DNA of 64,000 nucleotides, from contig JAFWQQ010000054.1 of NCBI GenBank assembly GCA_017545165.1, positions 10,279 to 74,278 of the forward strand, given 5' to 3'. Below are positions 48,478-56,857 of this stretch, one piece after another (the first letter of the stretch is position 1; the number at the start of each line of letters is the position of its first letter). Both the position numbers and the translations under genes were made by a program. Origin of the DNA: Oscillospiraceae bacterium (GTDB lineage Bacteria; Bacillota; Clostridia; Oscillospirales; Oscillospiraceae). The notes under the pieces were generated by a model. That model saw only the letters and a list, made by a program, of their open reading frames with translations. It ran no database searches and had not been told where the DNA came from.

Positions 48478-48836
48478 TTGTCCTCCGCTTCGTCGATCAT
48501 CCTGCGGATCGCAGCCGCTTCCTCCGCAGACAGTCTTCCGTTTTTGGTAAAAGCCGCGATGAACGCGGGCAGCGACCCATCAAAGGAATCCTCCACGAAC
48601 TGCCTCGACTGCAGCGCGTAAAACTGTTCTCTCGAGATAAGGGAAGTAACCGTCCCCTTGTTATTCACGAACAGTCCCTTATCGCACAGGCGCTTGATGA
48701 CGGTATGCGTCGTCGTGCGCTTCCAACTAAATGCTTTTTCTGCTAAATTGACAAGCTCCGTAGAAGTGACAGGCTCATTTGCCCAGATCAAATCCGCAAA
48801 ACGGCTTTCAATGATGCCCAATTGGATATCGGCCAT
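48474..48836 (-). CDS. BlaI/MecI/CopY family transcriptional repressor
   Basis: 120 aa with a winged-helix N-terminus (...TSTELVNLAEKAFSWKRTTTHTVIKRLCDKG). 4-nt overlap with the M56 gene. Confidence 0.85.
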   Translation of the reverse strand: MADIQLGIIESRFADLIWANEPVTSTELVNLAEKAFSWKRTTTHTVIKRLCDKGLFVNNKGTVTSLISREQFYALQSRQFVEDSFDGSLPAFIAAFTKNGRLSAEEAAAIRRMIDEAEDK

Positions 48837-48852
48837 AGGTGTCGCTCCTTTC

Positions 48853-48906
48853 GGACTACATTTTGTAGTCCGCCTTTATACTACAGCTTGTAGTCTCGCC
48901 TGTCAA
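48853..48906 (-). promoter_or_regulatory. promoter with two TACA-N4-TGTA dyads (BlaI-type operators)
   Basis: GGACTACATTTTGTAGTCC (48853-48871) and ACTACAGCTTGTAGT (48880-48894). On the minus strand the -35 TTGACA lies at 48901-48906, followed by a 17 nt spacer and TAGTAT. Confidence 0.6.
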
Positions 48907-48924
48907 GGGTTTTTCAAAGAATGC

Positions 48925-48953
48925 AAAACCCGCCGTTCATGGTGAGCGGCGGG
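48925..48953 (-). terminator. rho-independent terminator after pair 2
   Basis: On the minus strand, CCCGCCG...CGGCGGG is followed by TTTTG. Confidence 0.55.
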
Positions 48954-48977
48954 CGATTGTGACGTTAACTGCGCTAC

Positions 48978-50036
48978 TTAGCCTATTTCAAAGGTCTTTC
49001 CACCTACGGTGATGCTGACCACCTGATCAAGATTGATCGTGCCGTTTTTGAACAGATACACATCATAGACCGTTCCGTTCCAATATTCCGACCGATCTGC
49101 AGCCAAATTGGTTCGAACACTTCCGTTGGTGAAATGGAGCTGCGCCTCCAGTTCGAGCTTGTCCCTTGCTCTTGCCCATGGGAGCCAGCGAAGGTCATCT
49201 TGTGATGCAACGGGGTAAACGCTTTCCATGTCGTCGTGCGTGACGAGCCATGTGATACCTTCGGCATAAATATCCGCCCCGATAATCTGACCCGCGCCTC
49301 CGGTCTCAGGGTTTTCAAAAGGAACCGGCTCTGGGAACCGAACGCTTATTACGCGTTGCTGTGTTAAGGGGATGGAAACTGGGCCGTAGCTCGCGCTTTC
49401 ATGGATCTGCGCATTATTATCTGTATAGCCCAGCGCAACACGGATTTCCACTGCTTCATTGTCTCTGAACTTTATGTTCGGCAGCGAAGCGCGAAGCGTC
49501 AGCGTTTGTGTTTCGGGATCGTACTCATCCCGATAGAGTGTAAGCAGATTGACAAGAATGCCATAGTATTCCCCGTCCACATAAAGATAGGGCCAGAACA
49601 CACGATCATCCCGGTTCTCCCTGTCTCTCAGATTTTCACGATCCAAACAGGCAATCATGTCTTCTGAAACGGGGCTGATGTTGAAAAACATAATTTGATA
49701 GTCGCCGTTATTCATGGTGGACAGGAGCGTTAGGCCGCCTTCCGCAGCACCCTCCTCCGGCACCGCAAACTCCACATAGTCTGTCACATTGTTTTCATCA
49801 ATCTGCAGTTCATAACGCAACTTTTCCTGCCGCTTCCGATGGATGCTTATGCCGATGGCATAAGCCACGGCGCTCAGGCCGAGGATCAGCGCGGCAGCGA
49901 GGGCAAAGGTGATGATGCGTTTCGCTTGCAGATGCTTTGTCGTCACTCTGCCTTGAAGCATGTCTTCCATGCTCCGCAGATATTCGTCCTGCGCGTCGTT
50001 CAGGTTCGTCAGAAAATCAAGCCTTGTCATAGTCAT
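48978..50036 (-). CDS. single-pass membrane protein, putative anti-sigma partner (pair 2), shared ectodomain family
   Basis: MTMTRLDFLTNLNDAQDEYL..., TM RIITFALAAALILGLSAVAYA. The ectodomain is homologous to 52595-53611 and 61025-62134 (LLSTMNNGDYQ...NISPVSED, YDPETQTLTL). The start overlaps the sigma gene end. Confidence 0.65.
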   Translation of the reverse strand: MTMTRLDFLTNLNDAQDEYLRSMEDMLQGRVTTKHLQAKRIITFALAAALILGLSAVAYAIGISIHRKRQEKLRYELQIDENNVTDYVEFAVPEEGAAEGGLTLLSTMNNGDYQIMFFNISPVSEDMIACLDRENLRDRENRDDRVFWPYLYVDGEYYGILVNLLTLYRDEYDPETQTLTLRASLPNIKFRDNEAVEIRVALGYTDNNAQIHESASYGPVSIPLTQQRVISVRFPEPVPFENPETGGAGQIIGADIYAEGITWLVTHDDMESVYPVASQDDLRWLPWARARDKLELEAQLHFTNGSVRTNLAADRSEYWNGTVYDVYLFKNGTINLDQVVSITVGGKTFEIG

Positions 50037-50583
50037 AGCCCTCCCTGGCAAGAAATACGTTGAATCTTTGTCGGGTACGATAGAGCATGGTCTTGATTTT
50101 ACTGGCTGAAAAACCGGTATGCTTGCTGATCTCTTCGACGGACGCAAAAGCCCAATAGCGGGCCAGAAACACATCCCTCTCCGATTTCGTCAGCGTGTCC
50201 AGAAAGGCCCGGATCAGTTCTCTCAGGGCGGCCGATTCTTCGATTTGATCCGCCCCTTCGTCCGGCAGACAGTCCGAAAGCTCCTCAAAAGCCAGCGTGA
50301 CCTGACCGCCGCCGCGCTTGATGCGGTTTTCGCGGCGAAGGATACTAAGCGCCAGACGGCGTGTAATCTTGCCGAGGAAAACGGAAAGAGGATCGGGGCG
50401 GTGCGGCGGAATCGCGTTCCACGCGCCAAGCCAGGTGTCATTGACGCATTCCTCCGAATCCTCCCGGTTGTTGACGATGCGGTGAGCGACGCTGTAGCAG
50501 TAGTGCCCGTATTTTGAGGCTGTCTCCGGGATGGCCTGTTCCGATCTTTGCCAGTAAAGATCCACGATTGTGGCATCATCCAT
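50017..50583 (-). CDS. sigma-70 family (ECF-like) sigma factor, pair 2
   Basis: MDDATIVDLYWQRSEQAI...EDSEECVNDTWLGAWN. The region 4 HTH is ...SVEEISKHTGFSASKIKTMLYRTRQRF. Confidence 0.85.
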   Translation of the reverse strand: MDDATIVDLYWQRSEQAIPETASKYGHYCYSVAHRIVNNREDSEECVNDTWLGAWNAIPPHRPDPLSVFLGKITRRLALSILRRENRIKRGGGQVTLAFEELSDCLPDEGADQIEESAALRELIRAFLDTLTKSERDVFLARYWAFASVEEISKHTGFSASKIKTMLYRTRQRFNVFLAREGYDYDKA

Positions 50584-50682
50584 GTTCTATCTCTCCTTGT
50601 TGTTGAGCGCTCTCACCCATATACTTGCCGTTTGCGGCGCTGCGGTTGCAGGTTTTTCTTTTTTTATATCATATTTTCGGAG

Positions 50683-50721
50683 AAAAACACAGCCCGCCGC
50701 TCCGGGAGGAGGCGGCGGGCT
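50683..50721 (-). terminator. rho-independent terminator after pair 3
   Basis: On the minus strand, AGCCCGCCGC...GCGGCGGGCT is followed by GTGTTTTTCT. Confidence 0.65.
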
Positions 50722-50745
50722 TGGCGTCAATGATTGCTTTTTCGA

Positions 50746-51882
50746 TCAACGGATCGTGCTGAAATCCACCATGTCCAGAACGGCGTCGATTTCCGCGTCA
50801 CTCATTCCAACGGCCCGCGAGATGTGCAGCGTGACGAAGGAATTATCCAGATAGATGTAAGCGAAAGCCTCAGTACCGTTCTGCAAGACGGTCAGCTCCG
50901 CGCCATCGGGAGTGGTGTGGCTCCTGACCGTAAAAGCGTTGGCGTCCTTGACCACATCGAAGATCTCATAACCACTGGACAGGGTGCCATAGGGGGAATT
51001 ATAGAGATAGCAGTTGGTTCCGGTGTAGCTCTGATCCTCGCCGGTGTAGAAACTGACGGCGAAAGTCCCCTCGTCGAAATAGTAGAACTTGTCGTAGCCG
51101 GTGGGCTCGGTGCGGAAGAAGCTCTTCCCTCCGGCGCAAATCTCATTGATCTTCGATGTTATTTCTTCAAAAGAATAGAAATCCGTCTGCTCATCGAAAT
51201 CCTGAAGCATCACTTCCTGCTTATGGCGGAGTTTCAGGCCATAGCGTGCTGCGATCTCTTCCAGCTTATCGGCCATTTCTTTGGTATAAATGTGATAGTT
51301 AAAGTCGTAGCCGGAGAATCCCCGGGCTCTGAGATCCCAATACTCCTTGAAAAGCTGGTAGTCCTCGGCAGAGATGATGCGCCGCTCGATCTCTTGTTCA
51401 CCGTTCAGGAAGATAAAGGTCACTGTGCCATCTTCGTTTTTCTCTTCAATGATACCACTCGCATTTTCTGGCGCGCGGCAGCTCTCCGGCTCGCGTGGTG
51501 CGTTCTCTTCACACCAGGCGCGCCACTCCGCCCAGGCTTTGGCAGAGTTGTCGATCTTTTCTCTGATCGCGCTGTCCATTTCCTCCGGCACAGCCTGAGG
51601 CTGGGTGATTGACAGGCGGCCGCCGTCGACGTTATCGGGAGATGATAAGCTTCCGTTTGTAATCAGCAGTGCTTTCAGGCCGAAGAGATCTGTGGCATAT
51701 GCAACGGCCCCCAGAGCCAGAATCAGCGCTGCCGCGAGGGCAAAGGTAATGATCCGTTTCTTATTCATGTGGACGATCCTTTCCGGGCTTTCCTGTATGG
51801 ACGCCGGGCAAAAGGCCGCCGCTTCGCTGATATATTCGTCGGCCAGACCGTTCAGCATCAAAGTGATCGATTCCCGCTTCAT
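50746..51882 (-). CDS. single-pass membrane protein, putative anti-sigma partner (pair 3), unique ectodomain
   Basis: MKRESITLMLNGLADEYISEAAAF..., TM RIITFALAAALILALGAVAYA. ATGA overlap with the sigma gene. Confidence 0.65.
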   Translation of the reverse strand: MKRESITLMLNGLADEYISEAAAFCPASIQESPERIVHMNKKRIITFALAAALILALGAVAYATDLFGLKALLITNGSLSSPDNVDGGRLSITQPQAVPEEMDSAIREKIDNSAKAWAEWRAWCEENAPREPESCRAPENASGIIEEKNEDGTVTFIFLNGEQEIERRIISAEDYQLFKEYWDLRARGFSGYDFNYHIYTKEMADKLEEIAARYGLKLRHKQEVMLQDFDEQTDFYSFEEITSKINEICAGGKSFFRTEPTGYDKFYYFDEGTFAVSFYTGEDQSYTGTNCYLYNSPYGTLSSGYEIFDVVKDANAFTVRSHTTPDGAELTVLQNGTEAFAYIYLDNSFVTLHISRAVGMSDAEIDAVLDMVDFSTIR

Positions 51883-52436
51883 ACAAGCAATCCCTCCTTC
51901 ACAAGATAGCGTCTGAGTTTTTCTCGAATACGGAAAAGGCGGACAGTCACACTGTTGGGGGTTGAATCTGCCATTTTGGCAATGTCCCGCACCGGATCGG
52001 AATACCAGTAACGCCTCGTAAAGATAAACCTGTCAGAATAATTCAAAGTTGCCATAAAGCCGTTGATCGCCTCTGCGAGTTCTTTCGCTTCATACGCTTC
52101 TTCTACGCCATTACTATCAGCAAGATATTCTTCCAATTCATCAAGCGCAAGGTCGTACTGGCTGTTTCTGATCATAGCTGTGTTGGAATGATACTTCATT
52201 GTCGCAAGATTGCGCGCGATCTTGCATACAAATGTCCGCAACGGGCTTGGCCTGTGGGGCGGGATAGCGTTCCAGGCTCCGAGGTATGTATCGTTCACGC
52301 ATTCCTCAACATCCTGGGTGTTGCCAAGAATATTCCGCGCCACTCTTGCCACGGCGTTGCCGTGTTTTTTGGCAAGCTCTTCGATCGCCTGTTCTGAGCG
52401 CTCAAAGAACAGGTTGATGATCTCCGTGTCTGTCAT
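51879..52436 (-). CDS. sigma-70 family (ECF-like) sigma factor, pair 3
   Basis: MTDTEIINLFFERSEQAIEEL...QDVEECVNDTYLGAWN. Region 4 is ...VRDIAKMADSTPNSVTVRLFRIREKL. Confidence 0.85.
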   Translation of the reverse strand: MTDTEIINLFFERSEQAIEELAKKHGNAVARVARNILGNTQDVEECVNDTYLGAWNAIPPHRPSPLRTFVCKIARNLATMKYHSNTAMIRNSQYDLALDELEEYLADSNGVEEAYEAKELAEAINGFMATLNYSDRFIFTRRYWYSDPVRDIAKMADSTPNSVTVRLFRIREKLRRYLVKEGLLV

Positions 52437-52535
52437 AGGCTGTCACCTCTTTCCGCCTTCACTTATGTACTATGGTTTCGCGCGCGGACATTAACAAAAG
52501 AAGCGATATTTTTCTACATTATAGCACGCAAGTGC

Positions 52536-52569
52536 AAAAACGCAGAGCCCGCTTGACGCGGACTCTGCG
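52536..52569 (-). terminator. rho-independent terminator after pair 4
   Basis: 12-bp stem with one mismatch (CGCAGAGTCCGC/GCGGGCTCTGCG) followed by TTTTT on the minus strand. Confidence 0.6.
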
Positions 52570-52594
52570 CATGACAGAAATTGCTGTTTTTAAT

Positions 52595-53611
52595 TTAGCG
52601 GATTTTGTAGGTCTGCCCGTTCATTTCAATACTTACGACCTGGGACACATCAATGGCAAGGCGATCATAGTCCACATGTGGGCTAACCAGGTTTCCGTTC
52701 ACGTCGCTGAATTCGTGGCCGTTGAAGGAGCAGCTTGAACCGTCGGTAAAATTCAGCTTCATGGCCCGGAATTGCTCGTCCAGCCAATTGATCCAAGTGA
52801 CGATATTGTCCTGGCGGAGCTTTGCATCAGCTTTGCTGTCGCTGCTGTGGTCACCGTAGAAATAGGCTGCGTCCTCGGTCTCCAGCATCCAGATGGCCTG
52901 ATTGCCGCGAAGCTCCATGCCGATTAAAGTGACAGGCTTTTCTGTGACAGGGTTCGTCAGGACGATCGGCTCCGAGAGTTGGACAAGGCGTGTATCCGGA
53001 TCTGTGATCTTTACTGCGAGACTGCCCAAATCAAGCGAGCCATTGACATTGAACAGAACGGTGATTTCTTCGCCGGGCTGTTTTCCGTCCGTGCCAAACA
53101 TGACACTCACAGTCAGCGTCTGACTTTCTGCGTCGTAGGCGCTGTTTTCATCGCCTGCGGTCATGGCCTGTTCCCAGGTCTGCCCGCCGTCGATGGAAAA
53201 CATCACCGGGTGCTGGGTCAAGGCCAGATCATCTCTTGTAACGGGTGCCACATTTACGATGATACGCTGACTGCCGCCGTTATTGATGGCGGACAGAAGC
53301 GTGACGCCGCTGGTGTTTTCTTCCGGCACATCATATTCCTCATAGGCCGGTGCGCTGCCGCCCTCCATACCGAAGCTTTCTCTCATTTCAGCCTGTCGCT
53401 GCCGATGAATACCCATGCCTACGGCATAGGCTGTAACGCCCAGCGCCAGGATCAGCGCTGCGGCCAGGGCGAAGGTGATCAAACGCTTTTTGCTCATGAC
53501 TCCGATCCTTTCCGGGGAGCGGCTGCGCTGTTTGGGATCGTACTGAGCCGCCTCGGCAATAAACCGATCGTCAATATCGCCGATGATGTCCCAAAGCTGT
53601 TCCCGTGTCAT
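52595..53611 (-). CDS. single-pass membrane protein, putative anti-sigma partner (pair 4), shared ectodomain family
   Basis: MTREQLWDIIGDIDDRFIAEAAQY..., TM RLITFALAAALILALGVTAYA. The ectodomain carries LLSAINNGGSQ...NVAPVTRD and YDAESQTLTV. Confidence 0.65.
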   Translation of the reverse strand: MTREQLWDIIGDIDDRFIAEAAQYDPKQRSRSPERIGVMSKKRLITFALAAALILALGVTAYAVGMGIHRQRQAEMRESFGMEGGSAPAYEEYDVPEENTSGVTLLSAINNGGSQRIIVNVAPVTRDDLALTQHPVMFSIDGGQTWEQAMTAGDENSAYDAESQTLTVSVMFGTDGKQPGEEITVLFNVNGSLDLGSLAVKITDPDTRLVQLSEPIVLTNPVTEKPVTLIGMELRGNQAIWMLETEDAAYFYGDHSSDSKADAKLRQDNIVTWINWLDEQFRAMKLNFTDGSSCSFNGHEFSDVNGNLVSPHVDYDRLAIDVSQVVSIEMNGQTYKIR

Positions 53612-54165
53612 TCCAGCAAACCCTCCTCTTTCAAATAGCGATATAGTCTTTCACGAGTACGGAAAAGACGGACGGAGATCCGGCGGCTGTTGCCGTTGAT
53701 TTGTTCGGCAATATCTGAAACGGAATCCGCATACCAATAGCGCCGCACAAAGCAAAATCGATCCTCATAGCTGAGGGTATCCAAAAAGCGGTTGACTGCA
53801 GCGGAGAGCTCCTTTGCCTCAAGCTCCGATTCCACATTGACGGAAGACGGGATACACTCCGCCAGCTCATCCAAAACAAGATCGAATTGACCGTTGCGCT
53901 TGCGTGCGGTGTTGCTGCGGTACTTCACAGACGCAAGATTGCGGGCGATGCGGCAAACATAACTGATCAGGGAATTTGGATTCTGAGGCGGGATCGTATT
54001 CCATACTCCCAGCCAGGTATCGTTCGTACACTCTTCCACGTCCTGCGTGCGTCTCAGAATATTGGCTGCCGTATTTCTTACAGCCGCGCCGTATTTTCGA
54101 TCCAGCTCTTCAATGGCCTGTTCCGAGCGCTCATAGAACAGGTTGATGATCTGTCTGTCCTCCAA
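53608..54165 (-). CDS. sigma-70 family (ECF-like) sigma factor, pair 4 (TTG start)
   Basis: (M)EDRQIINLFYERSEQAIEEL...QDVEECTNDTWLGVWN. A TTG at 54165, 8 nt after AAGGAAG, gives an N-terminus collinear with the paralogs. There is no in-frame ATG nearby. Confidence 0.8.
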   Translation of the reverse strand: MEDRQIINLFYERSEQAIEELDRKYGAAVRNTAANILRRTQDVEECTNDTWLGVWNTIPPQNPNSLISYVCRIARNLASVKYRSNTARKRNGQFDLVLDELAECIPSSVNVESELEAKELSAAVNRFLDTLSYEDRFCFVRRYWYADSVSDIAEQINGNSRRISVRLFRTRERLYRYLKEEGLLE

Positions 54166-54261
54166 TTTCGTCACTTCCTTTCCGCCTCGCCCTACAAGTA
54201 TGGATTCGGGTGTGGATATTTCATGAGATGAAAAAATTTTAGCAAAAAATTTTACGGGAGA

Positions 54262-54296
54262 CAAGAAACAGCCCGCCGCTCCGGAGAGTGGCGGGC
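54262..54296 (-). terminator. hairpin terminator after the C39-like gene
   Basis: GCCCGCCACTC/GAGCGGCGGGC stem (one mismatch) followed by a T-rich tract on the minus strand. Confidence 0.45.
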
Positions 54297-54311
54297 ACAT
54301 AGTAATGATTC

Positions 54312-55100
54312 TTATGACAAGATAAAAGCAATGTAGTCTTTCGCCGCAAATTGGAGGTCGGGCAATGAGAGTGCGTCACAGAGCTTTCCGCTGCGATCAC
54401 CCCGAAGAAAGCCCATAAGATTCTCTTGCAAGGATCGAAGCTTATCAGCCAAATCTTGCTTGCCTGCCAGTTCCATCATTGTGATACCATCGAGAAGCAA
54501 CGGGCGGAACAGTGTGTTCAAGACGGCGAGATATTCTTCCGGCGGATGCACCGACTCTGCGAACCGGACAATAGCGTCGACGTTTTCCTGAAGAATTAAA
54601 GCCGACATCTCTTTGATGGGAGTCAAGTCAACAGAGTGCGAGAGCGTCGGTTGAACACTGCCAACCGCTGCCCTTGAATCTACGGATGCAAGAAGCTCTC
54701 CTTCATCCAATAATAGTTCCGTTTTCTCTCCGCTGTCTTTGTATGTGGGATTTAGAAAATGAAATTCACCGTCATATCCTGTAAATACAACCGCGTGTTT
54801 TCCATACGGTGTACGAATCCCAAGCATGGCTGGCCCACCGCTAATGAGCTCCTGACAAAGTGAGCTTTTGCTGATTGATGCTTCCATCATGGTAAAACCA
54901 TGCGGTAGGAGCCAGAGATTAAACCATTTTGCTCCCTGCAGCATAGGCCCCGAAAGGAAAGCGCCGTCTTCTTTGGAAAACAGTTTCGGAAGCTCCATTT
55001 CCAACGCAATGATAGTATCTTCGGTATCATAGCCCTGCATTTCCAGCAGATTCGCTAACGCAGCATAGGAACAGGAAGCCTTGAAGTGCATATATTTCAC
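54312..55100 (-). CDS. hypothetical protein with C39/BtrH-like cysteine-peptidase features
   Basis: 262 aa. N-terminal ...KASCSYAALANLLEMQGY (Cys) and later YGKHAVVFTGYDGEFHFLNP (His) resemble papain-like C39/BtrH_N folds. Assigned from motifs only. Confidence 0.45.
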   Translation of the reverse strand: MKYMHFKASCSYAALANLLEMQGYDTEDTIIALEMELPKLFSKEDGAFLSGPMLQGAKWFNLWLLPHGFTMMEASISKSSLCQELISGGPAMLGIRTPYGKHAVVFTGYDGEFHFLNPTYKDSGEKTELLLDEGELLASVDSRAAVGSVQPTLSHSVDLTPIKEMSALILQENVDAIVRFAESVHPPEEYLAVLNTLFRPLLLDGITMMELAGKQDLADKLRSLQENLMGFLRGDRSGKLCDALSLPDLQFAAKDYIAFILS

Positions 55101-55118
55101 TCGATTTGCACCCTTCTT

Positions 55119-55439
55119 TCATTCTACCCAATAGCCTTTGCCCCAGGCGGTTTTGACCATGGCAAAGGGCTTGTGGTCGTGCAGCTTTTCCCGGATATGC
55201 CGGACGTGAACCGCCAAGCAGTCGTTGCGTCCGATGGATACCTCGTCTTGCCAGACTGCGTCAGACAGCTCCTGCGCGGGCACAACACGCCCTCTGTTTT
55301 CCATAAGAAAGCGGAGAATGGCAAACTCCGTGTTGGTCAGAGGGACAGGCTCTCCGCGAAGAGTGCATCTTTGCCTGAGTGGATCAAGTGTGATATCTCT
55401 GTGTCGTAAGCTGTTGGTTGAGCAAAGCATGGTATCCAA
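55119..55439 (-). CDS. stand-alone OmpR/PhoB-type winged-helix DNA-binding protein (no receiver domain)
   Basis: 106 aa. ...LTNTEFAILRFLMENRGRVVPAQELSDAVW...VHVRHIREKL...VKTAWGKGYWVE is a Trans_reg_C domain. Confidence 0.8.
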   Translation of the reverse strand: MDTMLCSTNSLRHRDITLDPLRQRCTLRGEPVPLTNTEFAILRFLMENRGRVVPAQELSDAVWQDEVSIGRNDCLAVHVRHIREKLHDHKPFAMVKTAWGKGYWVE

Positions 55440-55454
55440 GCAAAATCATTCCTT

Positions 55455-56786
55455 TCAAAAGGCCGGGGCGAGGATTTGGCTCGGCTCCCCGTCGATCAGG
55501 CAGTCAATCCGAAGAAGTGGATGATAATAGCCTTTCCCGTCAATGCTCCATGTGAGTTCAGCACTCCGACATTCGAGCTGACGGATCTGCGCAGCATATG
55601 TTCCATCCAGGATAGAGAAGCGACCTTGTCGCAGCGCTTTTTCCAGCCCTGCTGTATCCAAGGCAGCACAGTCCGAGCCACGCTGGAGAGCGTTGACCTT
55701 CATTGATATCTTAGTGATGCTGTCTGCACCGCTTGTTACCTGGATCATCCCATCATAGAGCATGCCGCTTGATGGGACGAAGTGCCAGACAAGACTGTTT
55801 TCTCCCACTTCACTTGGCTCCGGGAACGAATAACCCGCATGTTCCAGTACCTGCAAAGCCGTATCTGCTGCGGTCCCCTCTGTAGGCAGCCCGTTCGGAA
55901 TGTACAGATCAAACTGACCGGTGTAATAGTACCAAAGGTACTCGTTAGAGCCTTCAGCCCGGTAGACCGCAAGATCGTCATAGGCATCCGAAGAGTCCGC
56001 TTTCCTTGCCCGGCCGAGCGCTTCAAGCAGGCGATCGGCAGTCGCTTCTGCCTCGCTTCTCGGCGGGCTGAAAAGCTGATAGACGGTCACGCTCGCGGGC
56101 AGCTGCCCGTCCAGTGCCTCAAGCTTAACCTCCTGCGGCTTCCCGTGTGTATGGTCAGGGAAATCCTGCCGCACGAATCCATAGGGGCGCGCAGACAGCC
56201 ATAGCAGTCCGGCAGCAAGGACAGCTACAGGCAGTATCGCTGCGAAGGCTGAAGTCAGCACCGGCTTTCGGCTCTTGAGGTTTGTATAGCACTCTCCGAG
56301 GCATAATCCCCAGATCGCACCGAGGCTGTTTGCGAGCAGGTCGTCGATGTCCATCGCGCCAAGCCGTGCAACGTACTGTGTGCATTCGATCAGCGAAGGA
56401 AACAGAATCGCCAGCAAATAGAGCCGCTTTCCCTTCTTTATGCCCTGCGCGTGCCAAACGAGAAGCAATCCAAGCGGAACAAAGGCAAGAATATTGAGGG
56501 CTAGCTGGATTGCCGCATGCCTGTCAGCGCTGGTAAGGGCCTCATGGAGCGCTTCAAACGGATGTATATTACTTGCATGAATCAAAGGCGAGCGGTTGCC
56601 GAACACAACAAGTGCCAGAATGCAAAGATACCACAGTGTCAAAAACCACTTGATTCGAAAAGACTTATCCAGTTCTCGCTTTTTCCAAGGCCGCAGCACA
56701 AAAAGAACATAAAGCAGTCCGGACAGCAGCAGAGAAAGGAGGCCGTATTTCCCGCCGATCTGCAAATAGTGTTTCAAAGAAGCCAT
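55455..56786 (-). CDS. VanZ-like membrane protein fused to an extracytoplasmic domain of about 250 aa
   Basis: The N-terminal 190 aa have the VanZ pattern (NILAFVPLGLLL...DIDDLLANSLGAIWG). A further TM segment and an uncharacterised domain follow. GGGGTGAAGG RBS before 56786. Confidence 0.7.
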   Translation of the reverse strand: MASLKHYLQIGGKYGLLSLLLSGLLYVLFVLRPWKKRELDKSFRIKWFLTLWYLCILALVVFGNRSPLIHASNIHPFEALHEALTSADRHAAIQLALNILAFVPLGLLLVWHAQGIKKGKRLYLLAILFPSLIECTQYVARLGAMDIDDLLANSLGAIWGLCLGECYTNLKSRKPVLTSAFAAILPVAVLAAGLLWLSARPYGFVRQDFPDHTHGKPQEVKLEALDGQLPASVTVYQLFSPPRSEAEATADRLLEALGRARKADSSDAYDDLAVYRAEGSNEYLWYYYTGQFDLYIPNGLPTEGTAADTALQVLEHAGYSFPEPSEVGENSLVWHFVPSSGMLYDGMIQVTSGADSITKISMKVNALQRGSDCAALDTAGLEKALRQGRFSILDGTYAAQIRQLECRSAELTWSIDGKGYYHPLLRIDCLIDGEPSQILAPAF

Positions 56787-56857
56787 ACCTTCACCCCTTT
56801 TTCTGCTGTATTTTACCATATCTGGCACGAGACTGTCTCTTAAGCTTTCTTAACGGC

